This document shows, piece by piece, positions 19,091 to 29,746 of a DNA stretch of 64,000 nucleotides. Made by a program: the position numbers and the translations under genes. A model generated the notes under the pieces. It was not told the DNA's origin. It searched no databases and saw only the letters and a program-made list of their open reading frames with translations. Source of the DNA: Syntrophobacterales bacterium. Lineage in GTDB: Bacteria > Desulfobacterota > Syntrophia > Syntrophales > CAMTWB01. The stretch lies in contig JBBIRO010000007.1 of assembly GCA_037441775.1 (NCBI GenBank), positions 46,197-110,196 on the forward strand. Reading direction: 5' to 3'. Position 1 is the stretch's first letter, and each line of letters opens with the position of its first letter.

Positions 19091-21225
19091 CGTATACGTT
19101 CCACAGATATTACTCCGGACAGCCTCATTATCGCGGCGACAATCCTATGATACTGATCCAGGTCGGTTATATCTATGTTGAAGTTCAACTGTGCCTTCAT
19201 ATCGGCGCTGGTTGTAACCTCGGCATGGGTGATGTTGATGTCGTTGTTAGCGATGACGGACGAAACATCCGCCAGAATACCTCTTTTATCTGTCGCAAGA
19301 ACACTAAGGCTAAGCGGATAGGTATTCTTCTCAATAATATCCCAGTGAACATCTACCAGCCGTTCAGTGTCCAAGACCTTGAGACTGGGGCAATCCTCGG
19401 CGTGAACAGTGACTCCGCGACCGCGGGATATATAGCCAAATATGGCCTCTCCCGGGATAGGATTGCAACATTTGGCGATCCTGATCAGCACGTCATCGAT
19501 ACCGGTGAGGGAGATGCCGATTGATGAAGATTTTTTTTTCTTCCGGCTGGTCTTAACTGGGATGAAATCAACAATAGGAGCGTCCTGCGGCAGCAGCGAA
19601 TTGACGATCCGGCGGGCTGAAACCCGGCCGTAGGCAACCAGGGCCAGCAATTCATCTATATCGCTTACCGAATGCTCGGCATAAACTTTTTTTATCTCCG
19701 GTGATTTTACAACATCGGCTAACTTCAAGTGATTTTTTCTGAGTTCCTTATCCAACAGATCCCGGCCTAAGCTTACGCTGCGTTTCCGCTCCTCGGCTTT
19801 TACCCAGCCGCGAATTTTAGCCAGAGCCCGTGGGGTTACGGCAATTTTCAGCCAGTCTTTACTGGGATGATGTCCCGTCTGGGTGATGATTTCAACGGTA
19901 TCGCCATTTTTTAACTGATATTTGAGGGGCACTATGCCCCGGTTGACTTTGGCCCCCACGCATTGATGGCCAAGATCGGTATGGATGCTGTAGGCAAAAT
20001 CAATTGGGGTGGCGCCCTTGGGAAAGGCGCGGACGTCGCCCCGGGGAGTGAAAACATAAACATCATCAGGGTACAGAGCGAGCTTAAGGTTGGATAGATA
20101 CTCGCGAGGGCTGCTCAGCTCCTGCTGAACATCCAGCAATTCTCTGAGCTTGCCTATCTGATCGTCGTCTTCTTTGTTGTATCCCCGTCCCTCCTTGTAA
20201 CGCCAGTGGGCGGCAACGCCCGCTTCCGCCCACTCGTGCATCCCCAGAGTCCGGATCTGGATTTCCACCCGCTCGCCGTGCGGCCCGATGACGGTGGTGT
20301 GAAGAGAGCGATAATTGTTTCCTTTGGGCATGGCGATATAATCATCGAAGTAACCGGTAACCGGCTTCCAAAGGGCATGAACCATGCTCAATGCTTCATA
20401 ACAGGACTTGTCCTGATCGGAATAAAGGATAATACGGAAGGCCATCAGGTCATATATCTGGTCGAAGTTTATCTGACGATCGTGTATCTTGCGATAGATG
20501 CTGTAGAGGTGCTTGGCCCGGCCTTCCACGAAGCCCTTGAGAGCGTTTTTTTCCATTTCCCGAGAGATAATCAGCTTAACTTCTTCGGTATACTGCTCTT
20601 GCTGTTCCCTGGTCTTATCGAGTTGCCCCTTAAGTTCCTGGTAACTATCCGGATGAAGATAGGAAAAGGCCAGGTCTTCCAGCTCGATCTTCATCCAGTG
20701 GATGCCGAGCCTGTTGGCCAGGGGCGCATATAATTCCATGGTCTCCCGGGCGATGAAAAGCTGTCTTTCGGGCCTCTGGAATTGCAGAGTCCGCATGTTG
20801 TGGATCCGATCAGCCAGACGAATCAGGATAACACGGATATCCGCGGACATGGCCAGGATCATTTTACGGAAATTTTCCGCTTGTCTTTCCTCCTGGTCGC
20901 TGTAGATTATTTTGCCGATCTTGGTTAAGGCCTCAACCAAAAAAGCAACATCTTTCCCAAAGCCGGCCTCAATATCTTTTAGAGTGGCCAGAGTGTCCTC
21001 TACCGTGTCATGGAGAAATCCGGTTGAAATAGCGGCGGCATCCATCTTCATATCTGCCAGGATGCCGGCGACTTCCAAAGGATGGCTCAGGTAAGGCTCG
21101 CCCGAAAGACGTAATTGCCCCTGGTGGACGTTGGCGGAGAAGACATAAGCCTTCGTAATCAAATCCTGATCTTCCTGGGAGAGATAAGACTGAACCTTCT
21201 CGAGTATATCGGTAAAGCGTATCAT
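19087..21225 (-). CDS. spoT: bifunctional (p)ppGpp synthetase/hydrolase (RelA/SpoT homologue)
   Basis: 712 aa. HD hydrolase motif (HPLEV...LHDTVEDT), synthetase domain (YRSLHTTV), and TGS and ACT C-terminal domains. Confidence 0.95.
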   Translation of the reverse strand: MIRFTDILEKVQSYLSQEDQDLITKAYVFSANVHQGQLRLSGEPYLSHPLEVAGILADMKMDAAAISTGFLHDTVEDTLATLKDIEAGFGKDVAFLVEALTKIGKIIYSDQEERQAENFRKMILAMSADIRVILIRLADRIHNMRTLQFQRPERQLFIARETMELYAPLANRLGIHWMKIELEDLAFSYLHPDSYQELKGQLDKTREQQEQYTEEVKLIISREMEKNALKGFVEGRAKHLYSIYRKIHDRQINFDQIYDLMAFRIILYSDQDKSCYEALSMVHALWKPVTGYFDDYIAMPKGNNYRSLHTTVIGPHGERVEIQIRTLGMHEWAEAGVAAHWRYKEGRGYNKEDDDQIGKLRELLDVQQELSSPREYLSNLKLALYPDDVYVFTPRGDVRAFPKGATPIDFAYSIHTDLGHQCVGAKVNRGIVPLKYQLKNGDTVEIITQTGHHPSKDWLKIAVTPRALAKIRGWVKAEERKRSVSLGRDLLDKELRKNHLKLADVVKSPEIKKVYAEHSVSDIDELLALVAYGRVSARRIVNSLLPQDAPIVDFIPVKTSRKKKKSSSIGISLTGIDDVLIRIAKCCNPIPGEAIFGYISRGRGVTVHAEDCPSLKVLDTERLVDVHWDIIEKNTYPLSLSVLATDKRGILADVSSVIANNDINITHAEVTTSADMKAQLNFNIDITDLDQYHRIVAAIMRLSGVISVERIR

Positions 21226-21286
21226 TGATGAGAAGCTACCTGTAAATTTGTAATGTAACTTTTTCGGGCTCCTGTCTCCTATGCAG

Positions 21287-22996
21287 TTATTTTCCCCTTA
21301 CAAAATCAACTACCCGTTGAACAATCGCGTTTAGCTCTACTAACGAAACCTGGCCGGTTTTCCTAACCCTCAATTCCCCCCGCCCTTCCTGAAGGCCTTT
21401 GGGACCAATGGTAACCCGCAAGGGGATTCCGATCAGGTCGGCGTCCTTGAACTTGACCCCCGCCCGCTCGTCCCGGTCGTCCAAGAGCGCCTCAATGCCT
21501 ATCGCCGCGAGCTCACGGTAAATTCTTTCCGCTTCTTCACGCTGGGATGGATCATTGACATTGACCGGCAGGATAATAACGGGAAACGGCGCCAGAGAAA
21601 GCGGCCAGATTATGCCATTGGCATCATAATTCTGCTCGATCGCGGCCGCCATCGTCCGGCCGATGCCAATGCCGTAACAGCCCATAATCATGATCTGTTC
21701 CTGGCCTTCGCTGTTCAGGAAGGCGCATCTCATGGCCTGCGAATATTTGGTTCCCAGCTTGAAGACGTGTCCGACCTCGATCCCGCGGGCAATGGCGATA
21801 TCTCCGCCACAGCGGGCGCACGCGTCTTGTTTTTGTACGAATCGCAAATCAGCGAAGGCGCTTACTTTAAAGTCGCGGGAGACATTTACGTTGACCAGAT
21901 GGTAGTTTTCCCGGTTGGCGCCCATAACGAAGTTAGACAGACCAAGGAGGGAGTTATCGGCTAGTATCCGGGCATTGATACCCACCGCGCCGGCAAAGCC
22001 CCTGGGAGCTTTGGTTGTCGCCATTATCATTGCCTCAGAGGCCAGTTCGAGATTGGTGCAGCCCAGATAGTTCTTTAATTTTATTTCGTTGATCTCCTGA
22101 TCGCCACGGATGAGAACCGCCGTCGCAACGCCGTCGGCGTCATAAATCATGGTCTTGACAATTGATGACGGCTCAACGCCCAGAAAAGAGGAAACGGCGG
22201 CAATTGAGCTTTTGTCCGGGGTAAAAACTTCACTGGCAGGCAATAGCTCTGTCGAGTCGGCGGGTGGCTGCGATAGCAGGGGGGCCTCGGCCCGTTCGAT
22301 ATTCGCGGCGTAATTACAACTTTGGCAGTAAACTATAGCGTCTTCGCCGGATTCAGCCAGCACCATGAATTCATGAGAGAAACTGCCGCCGATGCTGCCC
22401 GAATCCGCCTCGACCGCGCGGAAGTTCAAGCCGCACTTTTCGAAAATTTCCCGATAGGCGTTATACATTTTTCGATAACTTAGGTCCGCTCCCGCTTCAT
22501 CGGCGTCAAAACTGTACGCGTCTTTCATTCCGAATTCGCGGCAGCGCATCACGCCGAACCGCGGCCGGATCTCATCCCGGAACTTGGTCTGGATCTGGTA
22601 GAGATTTTTGGGCAGTTGGCGGTAGGTTTTGATCTCGTTTCTGACCAGATCGGTGATGACTTCCTCGTGGGTGGGGCCGAGGCAGTAGTCCCGGTCGTGA
22701 CGGTCCCGAAAGCGGAGCAGCTCCTTGCCGTACTGCTCCCACCGTTGTGATTCCTGCCAAAGCTCGGCAGGCTGAACCATCGGCAAGTGCACCTCCTGAG
22801 CGCCGGCCGCGTTCATCTCCCGGCGGATGATTTCCTCGATCTTCCTGATTACCCGATAGCCAAGCGGCAGATAAGAATAGATGCCGCTGGCCAACTTCCT
22901 GATCATACCTGCCCTGATCATGAGCTGATGACTTATTACTTCCGCATCCGACGGCGCCTCCCGGCCGGTGGGCAGAAATAGTGCTGAATACCTCAT
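21287..22996 (-). CDS. proS: prolyl-tRNA synthetase (bacterial type with INS editing domain)
   Basis: 569 aa. The class II motifs and the N-terminus [46 protein letters not shown] are canonical ProS. Confidence 0.95.
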   Translation of the reverse strand: MRYSALFLPTGREAPSDAEVISHQLMIRAGMIRKLASGIYSYLPLGYRVIRKIEEIIRREMNAAGAQEVHLPMVQPAELWQESQRWEQYGKELLRFRDRHDRDYCLGPTHEEVITDLVRNEIKTYRQLPKNLYQIQTKFRDEIRPRFGVMRCREFGMKDAYSFDADEAGADLSYRKMYNAYREIFEKCGLNFRAVEADSGSIGGSFSHEFMVLAESGEDAIVYCQSCNYAANIERAEAPLLSQPPADSTELLPASEVFTPDKSSIAAVSSFLGVEPSSIVKTMIYDADGVATAVLIRGDQEINEIKLKNYLGCTNLELASEAMIMATTKAPRGFAGAVGINARILADNSLLGLSNFVMGANRENYHLVNVNVSRDFKVSAFADLRFVQKQDACARCGGDIAIARGIEVGHVFKLGTKYSQAMRCAFLNSEGQEQIMIMGCYGIGIGRTMAAAIEQNYDANGIIWPLSLAPFPVIILPVNVNDPSQREEAERIYRELAAIGIEALLDDRDERAGVKFKDADLIGIPLRVTIGPKGLQEGRGELRVRKTGQVSLVELNAIVQRVVDFVRGK

Positions 22997-24075
22997 CCAA
23001 TCTCCTTCTTGCCAACGATAATATCTTCGATTTCAGCCATAAGCGTTTTCAGAAAGTCCTCTTCTCGGACCTTTCTTATTGCCTGGCCCTTCTTAAAAAG
23101 CATCCCGGCCCCCCGTCCGCCGGCAATGCCAATATCGGCGTGCGCGGCCTCTCCCGGTCCATTGACGACGCAGCCCATCAGGGCAATTTTCAGGTACTCC
23201 TTGCGCCCGGCCATTTTTTCCTCCACCTTGGCAACCAGGCGGGGAAGGTCAATTTCGCAGCGCCCGCAGGTGGGGCAGGAAATTATATCCGGGCCAATTT
23301 TTCTTATGTCAAGGGCGCGGAGAATTCCCCAGGCAATCCCCATCTCGTCAACCGGATTTCCAGTAACGGACACCCGGATGGTATCTCCGATGCCGTCGAA
23401 AAGCAGGCTGCCAATACCGATGGCTGACTTTATGGCTGCATTTACCAGCGTACCCGCCTCGGTAACTCCCAGGTGAAGAGGGTAGTCGGTACTGGCTGCG
23501 ACCTTACGGTAGGCCGCAATCATGGTCGGCACATCGGAAGATTTCAGCGAAAGCTTGATTTGCTCATGTCCCAGGTCTTCCAGTATTGACAGATTTTTCA
23601 GGGCGCTTTCGGCCAGGGCGGCGGCTGTTGGTCCGCCATGTCTCTTCAGGATATCGGTTTCGACCGACCCTGAGTTGATGCCAATCCGGATAACCACCTG
23701 ACGCCCCCGAGCTTCCTTTGCTACCCTCCCGATTCCTTCGCGGCCCAGGTTTCCCGGGTTTATTCTAATGCCGTCCACGCCTGACCGGATGGCCTGGCAG
23801 GCCAGGCGCGGATCGAAGTGGATATCGGCAATCAGCGGCAGGTCTGTCCGCTTTTTTATTTCGGAAAGCGCAAGCGCCGCTTCCTGATCGGGTACGGCTA
23901 ATCGTACGGCCTCGCAGCCGGCATCCTGGAGTTCCCTGATTTGGGTAAGCGTAGCCTGGACATCTCGGGTATCGGTATTGGTCATGGATTGGACAACAAC
24001 GGGGGCGCCGCCGCCAATCTGCAATCCGCCTAGAAAAATTGCTTTCGTTGGTCGGCGTTTCCTATTCTGCTCCAA
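22993..24075 (-). CDS. ispG: 4-hydroxy-3-methylbut-2-en-1-yl diphosphate synthase
   Basis: 360 aa. [11 protein letters not shown] motif and C-terminal cysteines CPTCGRC...GCVVNGPGE. 4-nt overlap with proS. Confidence 0.95.
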   Translation of the reverse strand: MEQNRKRRPTKAIFLGGLQIGGGAPVVVQSMTNTDTRDVQATLTQIRELQDAGCEAVRLAVPDQEAALALSEIKKRTDLPLIADIHFDPRLACQAIRSGVDGIRINPGNLGREGIGRVAKEARGRQVVIRIGINSGSVETDILKRHGGPTAAALAESALKNLSILEDLGHEQIKLSLKSSDVPTMIAAYRKVAASTDYPLHLGVTEAGTLVNAAIKSAIGIGSLLFDGIGDTIRVSVTGNPVDEMGIAWGILRALDIRKIGPDIISCPTCGRCEIDLPRLVAKVEEKMAGRKEYLKIALMGCVVNGPGEAAHADIGIAGGRGAGMLFKKGQAIRKVREEDFLKTLMAEIEDIIVGKKEIG

Positions 24076-24096
24076 AGCTTGCGCCCTCGCAAAAAG

Positions 24097-25533
24097 TCAT
24101 AAAAACGCCCGTTTCGAAGCCTGGTGGCCCTGCCAGCAGTATAGACACAGATCGTTTTCAGTCAGGCCGATGGCGGTTATCATGTCTTGAATATTCATAA
24201 ATTTCAAAGAAGTAGCATTGATGTCCCGGCATATGACTTCAACCATCCGTTGATACTTGTCTGAATCATGATTTAAATAAGGCGTCAGGTCATCCGGTTG
24301 TCCCCCCTCGATCTGCCCGATGGCGCGTCTGGCAGCAAGTTCGTCGGATCCTCTGGTGGATGATGAATAGATGCAGGGGAAAAGAAGAGGCGGGCAGGCG
24401 GCTCGAATGTGTATTTCCCGGGCCCGGTTGTCCCAGAGTTTGTTGATGGTATAGTTTTTTAACTGCGTGCCCCGGACGATCGAATCCTCGCAGATGATCA
24501 TGCGGTTGCCCTCTATGACCTCCTTGACGGCGCTGAGCTTCATGGTGGCAACCAGGTTCCGTATATCCTGGGAAGGGGGCGTATAGCTTCTGCCGTAACC
24601 GGGGGTGTATTTAACCAGGGGCCGCCTGTAGGGAAGCCCTGATTCAATGGCATAACCAATGGCGTGACCGACGCCGGAATCAGGAACGCCGGCTACCAGG
24701 TCGGCTTCGACCCGATCATTTTTAGCCATTAGACGGCCGCATCTCTCCCGTGCACCCTCAACCCCAATCCCTTCATAACTGGAGGATGGATAGCCGGTAT
24801 AGATCCAGAGGAAGGAGCATACCTTGCGTTCTTTGCCCGGCAATCGCACTGTTTCATAACCTTCGCGATTAATAAAAACGACTTCCCCGGGTCCGAGGTA
24901 TTTGGCGGGCGCATAACCAAGATTATCAAACGAGCTGGCTTCTGTGGCCACAATATAAGAGTTGTTTCCCGCCTCCATCCTTTCGCCCAGCGTCAAGGGG
25001 AAACGCCCCAGTCGGTCCCGGACCGCAAAAATGCCCTCGGCGGTCATGATCAGGGCGCAGATGGAGCCCTCAATCAGGTGCTGCATCTTGACAATTCCAT
25101 CTGGCAGATCGTCACCCAGGCAAATCAGCTTGCCGACCAGCTCAGCGCTGTTGACCCCTCCGGTCGTCATCTCGTTGAAGGAATCGCCCTTATCAAGAAG
25201 CGTTGCGGTCAAATTGTCCTTGTTGGTTACCAGTCCCGTTGCAACAATGGCAAAGGAGCCGAATTTGGAACGAATTATCAGGGGCTGGGGCGAATCATCG
25301 TCAATGGCGCCAATCCCCATGAATCCGTTCATTTTCCTGTAATCATCCACAAAACGTGATTTGAACTGGGCCTGACCGATACTATGGATGCTGTTGGAAA
25401 AACCGTCCTGGCCAAAAACCGCCAGTCCGCCGTTTTCCGTTCCCAGATGGGAATGGTAGTCAGTCCCGTAAAAAAGCAGTCGCGCACAGTTTTCATTTGT
25501 CACAACACCAAAAATGCCGCCCATTTTCTCCAA
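24097..25533 (-). CDS. amidophosphoribosyltransferase (PurF)-like protein with a degenerate glutaminase domain
   Basis: Collinear with PurF. The PRTase motif IICEDSIVRGTQ and four Cys at the PurF [4Fe-4S] ligand positions (VCSF, FPCIY, CLYC) are kept. The N-terminus reads MGGIFGV (Gly where PurF has the Cys1 nucleophile), and HRGQ becomes HLGT and HNGN becomes ATGL. Confidence 0.8.
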   Translation of the reverse strand: MEKMGGIFGVVTNENCARLLFYGTDYHSHLGTENGGLAVFGQDGFSNSIHSIGQAQFKSRFVDDYRKMNGFMGIGAIDDDSPQPLIIRSKFGSFAIVATGLVTNKDNLTATLLDKGDSFNEMTTGGVNSAELVGKLICLGDDLPDGIVKMQHLIEGSICALIMTAEGIFAVRDRLGRFPLTLGERMEAGNNSYIVATEASSFDNLGYAPAKYLGPGEVVFINREGYETVRLPGKERKVCSFLWIYTGYPSSSYEGIGVEGARERCGRLMAKNDRVEADLVAGVPDSGVGHAIGYAIESGLPYRRPLVKYTPGYGRSYTPPSQDIRNLVATMKLSAVKEVIEGNRMIICEDSIVRGTQLKNYTINKLWDNRAREIHIRAACPPLLFPCIYSSSTRGSDELAARRAIGQIEGGQPDDLTPYLNHDSDKYQRMVEVICRDINATSLKFMNIQDMITAIGLTENDLCLYCWQGHQASKRAFL

Positions 25534-25641
25534 TCCATCAGTAATTTGCCATTCTGCGCGACTTATCGGTTGTTTAGTTGCTAAGGTCTCGCAAGGCGTT
25601 TTCCTACAGTCTAAAAGCCTACGGTCTATCCACCTGAGCAG

Positions 25642-26841
25642 TTATGAGTTTGTCAATTTTGCCGTTGCCCGGGCAATCCGCTTAATTCCCTCTTCAATAA
25701 CGCTCATGGAAGTCGCATATGAGAGCCGAAGATTTTCATCATGGCCGAATTCTACGCCCGGCACCAGGGCGACTAAGGCCTCCTGGAGAAGATAGGCTGC
25801 AAACTGGGTGGAATTTTCAATTATGGCGCCGTCCGCTTTGGCTCCGTAAAAAGAGGATACCCGTGGGAAGACATAAAATGCCCCCTGGGGTTTCAAACAG
25901 GATATACCGGGAATGGAGTTTAAGCCCGCGACGAAATAATCTCTGCGCTTTTGGAATTCCGCCGCCATTGCCGCGACTACTGTCTGATCCCCCCGGAGCG
26001 CCCCCACGGCAGCCTTCTGGGCAATCGACGAGGGGTTAGAAGTGCTCTGGCTCTGAAGTTTGACTGTTGCCGCGACAATCTCCTCCGGGGCCGCGATATA
26101 TCCGATTCGCCAGCCGGTCATGGCGTAGGATTTGGAAACTCCGTTTACCAGGATGGTTTTTTCCTTCAGCCGGGCATCGGCGCTTAAGATGTTGTGGAAA
26201 ACAAGACCGTCATAGATGATCTTCTCGTAGATATCGTCGGAGATGATCAGGATATCGCGATCCAGGAGCACACTGGCGATCGCCGCAAGTTCATCTTTGG
26301 TATATGATATTCCGGAAGGGTTGGAAGGGCTGTTAATAATGAGCGCCCTGGTCCGGGGAGTGATTGCCTTTTGCAATGCCTGGGGGGACAACTTGAATCC
26401 CTCCTCTTCCCGGGTAGTGACAATTACCGGTTTGGCCCCGGTCAGAAGCACGATATCCGGATACGAGACCCAGTAGGGTGAGGGTATCAGCACCTCGTCG
26501 CCCTCTTCAAAAAGCGCCTGGGCGAGATTGTAAAGAGAATGTTTGGCGCCACAGGAAACAGCGATTTCGGAACGCTTATAGGTCAGATTGTGATCTTGCA
26601 GAAGCTTGGCCGCAATGGCATCCTTAAGTTCGTCGATTCCTCCCACGGCGGTATATTTGGTGAATCCCTGTTCAATGGCGGCGATAGCCATATTTTTCGC
26701 CGATTGTGGGGTATCGAAATCCGGCTCGCCGACACCGAAATTAAGAACGTCCAGTCCGGCCGCTTTCATGGTGTTGGCCCGTGCAGATATGGCCAGGGTT
26801 GCTGAAGGCTTGATCAGATCAAGTCGCCGTGCAAACTTCAT
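25642..26841 (-). CDS. pyridoxal-phosphate-dependent aminotransferase, class I (aspartate aminotransferase-like)
   Basis: MKFARRLDLIKPSATLAISARA... and the SKSYAMTGWRIGY PLP-lysine motif. The ATG at 26841 overlaps the coaD stop by 4 nt. The longer track ORF extension has no homology pattern. Confidence 0.9.
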   Translation of the reverse strand: MKFARRLDLIKPSATLAISARANTMKAAGLDVLNFGVGEPDFDTPQSAKNMAIAAIEQGFTKYTAVGGIDELKDAIAAKLLQDHNLTYKRSEIAVSCGAKHSLYNLAQALFEEGDEVLIPSPYWVSYPDIVLLTGAKPVIVTTREEEGFKLSPQALQKAITPRTRALIINSPSNPSGISYTKDELAAIASVLLDRDILIISDDIYEKIIYDGLVFHNILSADARLKEKTILVNGVSKSYAMTGWRIGYIAAPEEIVAATVKLQSQSTSNPSSIAQKAAVGALRGDQTVVAAMAAEFQKRRDYFVAGLNSIPGISCLKPQGAFYVFPRVSSFYGAKADGAIIENSTQFAAYLLQEALVALVPGVEFGHDENLRLSYATSMSVIEEGIKRIARATAKLTNS

Positions 26842-27332
26842 TGTCCATTTCTCCTTCCGTATTTGGCCTCGATTATTTGATTTACAATATCGGGGATCAT
26901 GCCCTTCACCGAGCCGCCGTGACCCGCGGCCTCTTTTATTATGCTGGAACTGACATAAAACCACTTGTAACCGGTCATGAGAAATACGGTTTCGATATCC
27001 CGGTTAAGGCGGCGGTTCATCAGCGCCAGCTGAAATTCATACTCAAAGTCGGAAAGCGCCCGCAAACCTCTTAAGATAATATTTGCCCCGGATTGCTTCA
27101 CATAATCCACCAGCAGTCCGGGCGTGCTGTCCACCTGAATATTGCCCAGATCTTTCACCACTTCACGGATCATCTCTACCCTCTCATCAACGGTGAAGAG
27201 AAATTGTTTCTCGGGGTTGTAGGCCACCAGAACTATCAGTTGATCAAACATTTTGATTGCCCGCTTAATGATGTCTACATGACCGTTCGTGATAGGATCG
27301 AATGAGCCGGGATATACCGCTATCTTTGACAT
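26838..27332 (-). CDS. coaD: phosphopantetheine adenylyltransferase
   Basis: MSKIAVYPGSFDPITNGHVDII is the canonical CoaD N-terminus. 164 aa. Confidence 0.95.
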   Translation of the reverse strand: MSKIAVYPGSFDPITNGHVDIIKRAIKMFDQLIVLVAYNPEKQFLFTVDERVEMIREVVKDLGNIQVDSTPGLLVDYVKQSGANIILRGLRALSDFEYEFQLALMNRRLNRDIETVFLMTGYKWFYVSSSIIKEAAGHGGSVKGMIPDIVNQIIEAKYGRRNGQ

Positions 27333-27341
27333 GGGTAAAAA

Positions 27342-27914
27342 TCATTCCTCCACTGGTTGGATTTGGAAAATGGATAATTGCGATTCCCCATAATTACGAA
27401 TCTTCCATAAAGTAAAAACTTCGGGCGCTTGAATTTCCTGTCTCCTGGAATGCTGTATAACCAGCCATCCTTTCCGGGAGAGGAGCGTCTTGCCGCCGCA
27501 AGACGTCATTGCCAGCGCAGTCAATATTTCAGAGATATGGCGTTCATGGTACGGCGGGTCGAGAAATACCACATCGAAAAGGTAAAGACGACTAAGAAGC
27601 AGATCAATTGACCTGTTGGCCTCCATCTGCAGAACATCGGACCTGTCTGCGTAGCCCAGTTGGAAAATGTTTTTTTTTAACTCGCTGACTACCGCCGGGT
27701 CCTTCTCAACGAACAGAACTTTCCTCGCGCCCCGGCTCAGGGCTTCCAGTCCTACAATTCCCGAGCCGGCAAAAAGATCGAGAAAAGTTGTATTTTCGAC
27801 TGAGGGGAGGATGTTGAAAATCGCCTCCCTGATAATTGCCGGCGTTGGCCGTACCTTTGGCCCCCGAACGGGGGGTAAACGCCTCCCCCTGGCTGCGCCG
27901 CCGGTTAATCTCAT
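27342..27914 (-). CDS. rsmD: 16S rRNA (guanine966-N2)-methyltransferase RsmD
   Basis: RLTGGAARGRRL...RPT...REAIFNIL, DLFAGSG SAM motif and DPPY motif. Adjacent to coaD, as is common. Confidence 0.85.
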   Translation of the reverse strand: MRLTGGAARGRRLPPVRGPKVRPTPAIIREAIFNILPSVENTTFLDLFAGSGIVGLEALSRGARKVLFVEKDPAVVSELKKNIFQLGYADRSDVLQMEANRSIDLLLSRLYLFDVVFLDPPYHERHISEILTALAMTSCGGKTLLSRKGWLVIQHSRRQEIQAPEVFTLWKIRNYGESQLSIFQIQPVEE

Positions 27915-28927
27915 AGGTATTTTTGGATAAGTATCTCAGCTATCTGGACGGCATTTAAGGCCGCTCCCTTTCTGATATTGTCCGAAACAATCCACATGTT
28001 GATCCCGTTTTCGATCGATTCGTCCTCCCTTATCCGGCCCACAAAGGTCTCGTCCCGGCCGGCGGCCTTGATGGCCAGAGGGTAGAGGCGTTCCGTGGGA
28101 TTGTCCAGCAGCGCCACACCAGGCGCGGCGGCCAGCAGATTTCGCACCTCCCCGGGCGTTATCTTTTCTTTTGTCTCAATGTTTACCGCCTCAGAATGGC
28201 TGTAAAAAACGGGCACCCGCACCGTTGTCGCGGTGACGGCGATATCCGGGTCATTAAAGATCTTTTTCGTTTCGTTGACCATTTTCATCTCTTCCTTCGT
28301 GTAGCCATTCTCCAGGAAAACATCAATCTGGGGAAGGCAATTGAAGGCGATTTGATGGGGGTAAATTTTTACCTCCGGCTTGTCTTCGCTAAGAATTGCC
28401 CTGGTCTGATCGAGCAGCTCCGCGATCGCCTTTTTCCCCGTGCCGGAGACGGATTGGTAGGTGGAAACGACAATCCTTTTGATTTTCGCGGCGTCATGGA
28501 TAGGTTTCAAGGCGACTACCATTTGAATGGTGGAGCAGTTGGGGTTGGCAATGATATTTTTTTGCTTGTATTGGGCAATGGCTTCCGGATTGACTTCCGG
28601 CACCACTAGGGGAACGCCGGGAGCCATCCTGAAGAAGCTGGTATTGTCGATAACGACGCATCCGGTCCGGGCCGCGATGGGAGCGTACCTTTCCGAGATG
28701 CTCCCTCCGGCCGAGAAGAGGGCGATATCAATGCCCGCGAAGGAATTTTCCGTCAGAATGCTAACCGGTATTTTTCTTCCCTTATAGGCCATTTCGATGC
28801 CCACCGATCTTTCCGAGGCGAGCAGGAGAAGATTGTTTACCGGAAAATCCCGTTCTTCCAAAATTTTGACCATTTCGTTGCCGACCGCGCCGGTTGCTCC
28901 GACAACCGCAACATTGAATCTACGCAT
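27911..28927 (-). CDS. asd: aspartate-semialdehyde dehydrogenase
   Basis: MRRFNVAVVGATGAVG Rossmann N-terminus and NPNCSTI active-site Cys motif. The upstream in-frame Met codons in the track ORF are probably not used. Confidence 0.95.
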   Translation of the reverse strand: MRRFNVAVVGATGAVGNEMVKILEERDFPVNNLLLLASERSVGIEMAYKGRKIPVSILTENSFAGIDIALFSAGGSISERYAPIAARTGCVVIDNTSFFRMAPGVPLVVPEVNPEAIAQYKQKNIIANPNCSTIQMVVALKPIHDAAKIKRIVVSTYQSVSGTGKKAIAELLDQTRAILSEDKPEVKIYPHQIAFNCLPQIDVFLENGYTKEEMKMVNETKKIFNDPDIAVTATTVRVPVFYSHSEAVNIETKEKITPGEVRNLLAAAPGVALLDNPTERLYPLAIKAAGRDETFVGRIREDESIENGINMWIVSDNIRKGAALNAVQIAEILIQKYL

Positions 28928-28966
28928 AATCATTTTCCTTTTCAAAAATATTAATTTGTACAAATT

Positions 28967-29746
28967 CTAACTTGCGGTGCCCAGGCCTTCTTCTCTTTCT
29001 TTTTGATGGATGTGCCGTTTGTTGAGAAGCCTAGCCAGCCACCAGATCGGTCCGGAGAAGCTATATCCAAAAGCAAAGGTAAAGAGCATAATATGCGGCT
29101 CCGCGACGATGACAATCATGATGCCGACTATGAGCACCAGGGACATCAAGGGCTTTTTGGCAAAGTAATTTAAATCCTTAAAACTGTAGTACCTGATTGC
29201 ACTGACCATTAATAACGCTAAACTGAAGATCATAATCAGCACGAAAACGTGCCGGAATTCCCCCTCTCCCCCCAGGTAGATGTAGAGCTGGACCGCGGTC
29301 GCAATCACAGCGGCCGCTCCGGGAATCGGCAGGCCTTTAAAATATTTGCTTTCAATTAAACCAACTTGGACATTAAACCTGGCCAGTCGCAAGGCCCCGC
29401 AGGTCACATAGAGAAATGCCAGAAGCCAGCCGATCTTGCCATAGGCCGACAGGGCCCAGGTGTAGGCCAGAATTGCCGGCGCGACGCCAAAGGCAACCAG
29501 ATCGGACAGCGAATCAAACTCGCTGCCAAACTTGCTCATCGTTTTGGTCAGCCGGGCAATCCTGCCATCCAGGGCATCGAGGATCATGGCGATTATAATA
29601 AATGACGCCGCTGTAGAAAAATCTCCGGCCATGGAGGCGATGATGGCATAGAAGCCACAGAATAGGCCTGCCGCGGTAATGGTGTTGGGAACGATGAATA
29701 TTCCTTTTTTGAGGCCGCCATTTTTAAAATAATGTTTTTTTCTCAT
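28967..29746 (-). CDS. pssA: CDP-diacylglycerol--serine O-phosphatidyltransferase
   Basis: CDP-alcohol phosphatidyltransferase motif DALDGRIARL...GSEFDSLSD with multiple TM helices. Confidence 0.9.
   Translation of the reverse strand: MRKKHYFKNGGLKKGIFIVPNTITAAGLFCGFYAIIASMAGDFSTAASFIIIAMILDALDGRIARLTKTMSKFGSEFDSLSDLVAFGVAPAILAYTWALSAYGKIGWLLAFLYVTCGALRLARFNVQVGLIESKYFKGLPIPGAAAVIATAVQLYIYLGGEGEFRHVFVLIMIFSLALLMVSAIRYYSFKDLNYFAKKPLMSLVLIVGIMIVIVAEPHIMLFTFAFGYSFSGPIWWLARLLNKRHIHQKEREEGLGTAS

Noticed and set aside
26842-26964. 5' extensions of several track ORFs: aminotransferase to 26964, psd to 30468, ribBA to 51296, fabD to 57984, rpmF to 58181, fabG to 56972, asd to 28963.
   Set aside because: The extensions overlap the upstream gene and lack family similarity. 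Internal ATGs align with canonical N-termini, often with 4-nt ATGA coupling.
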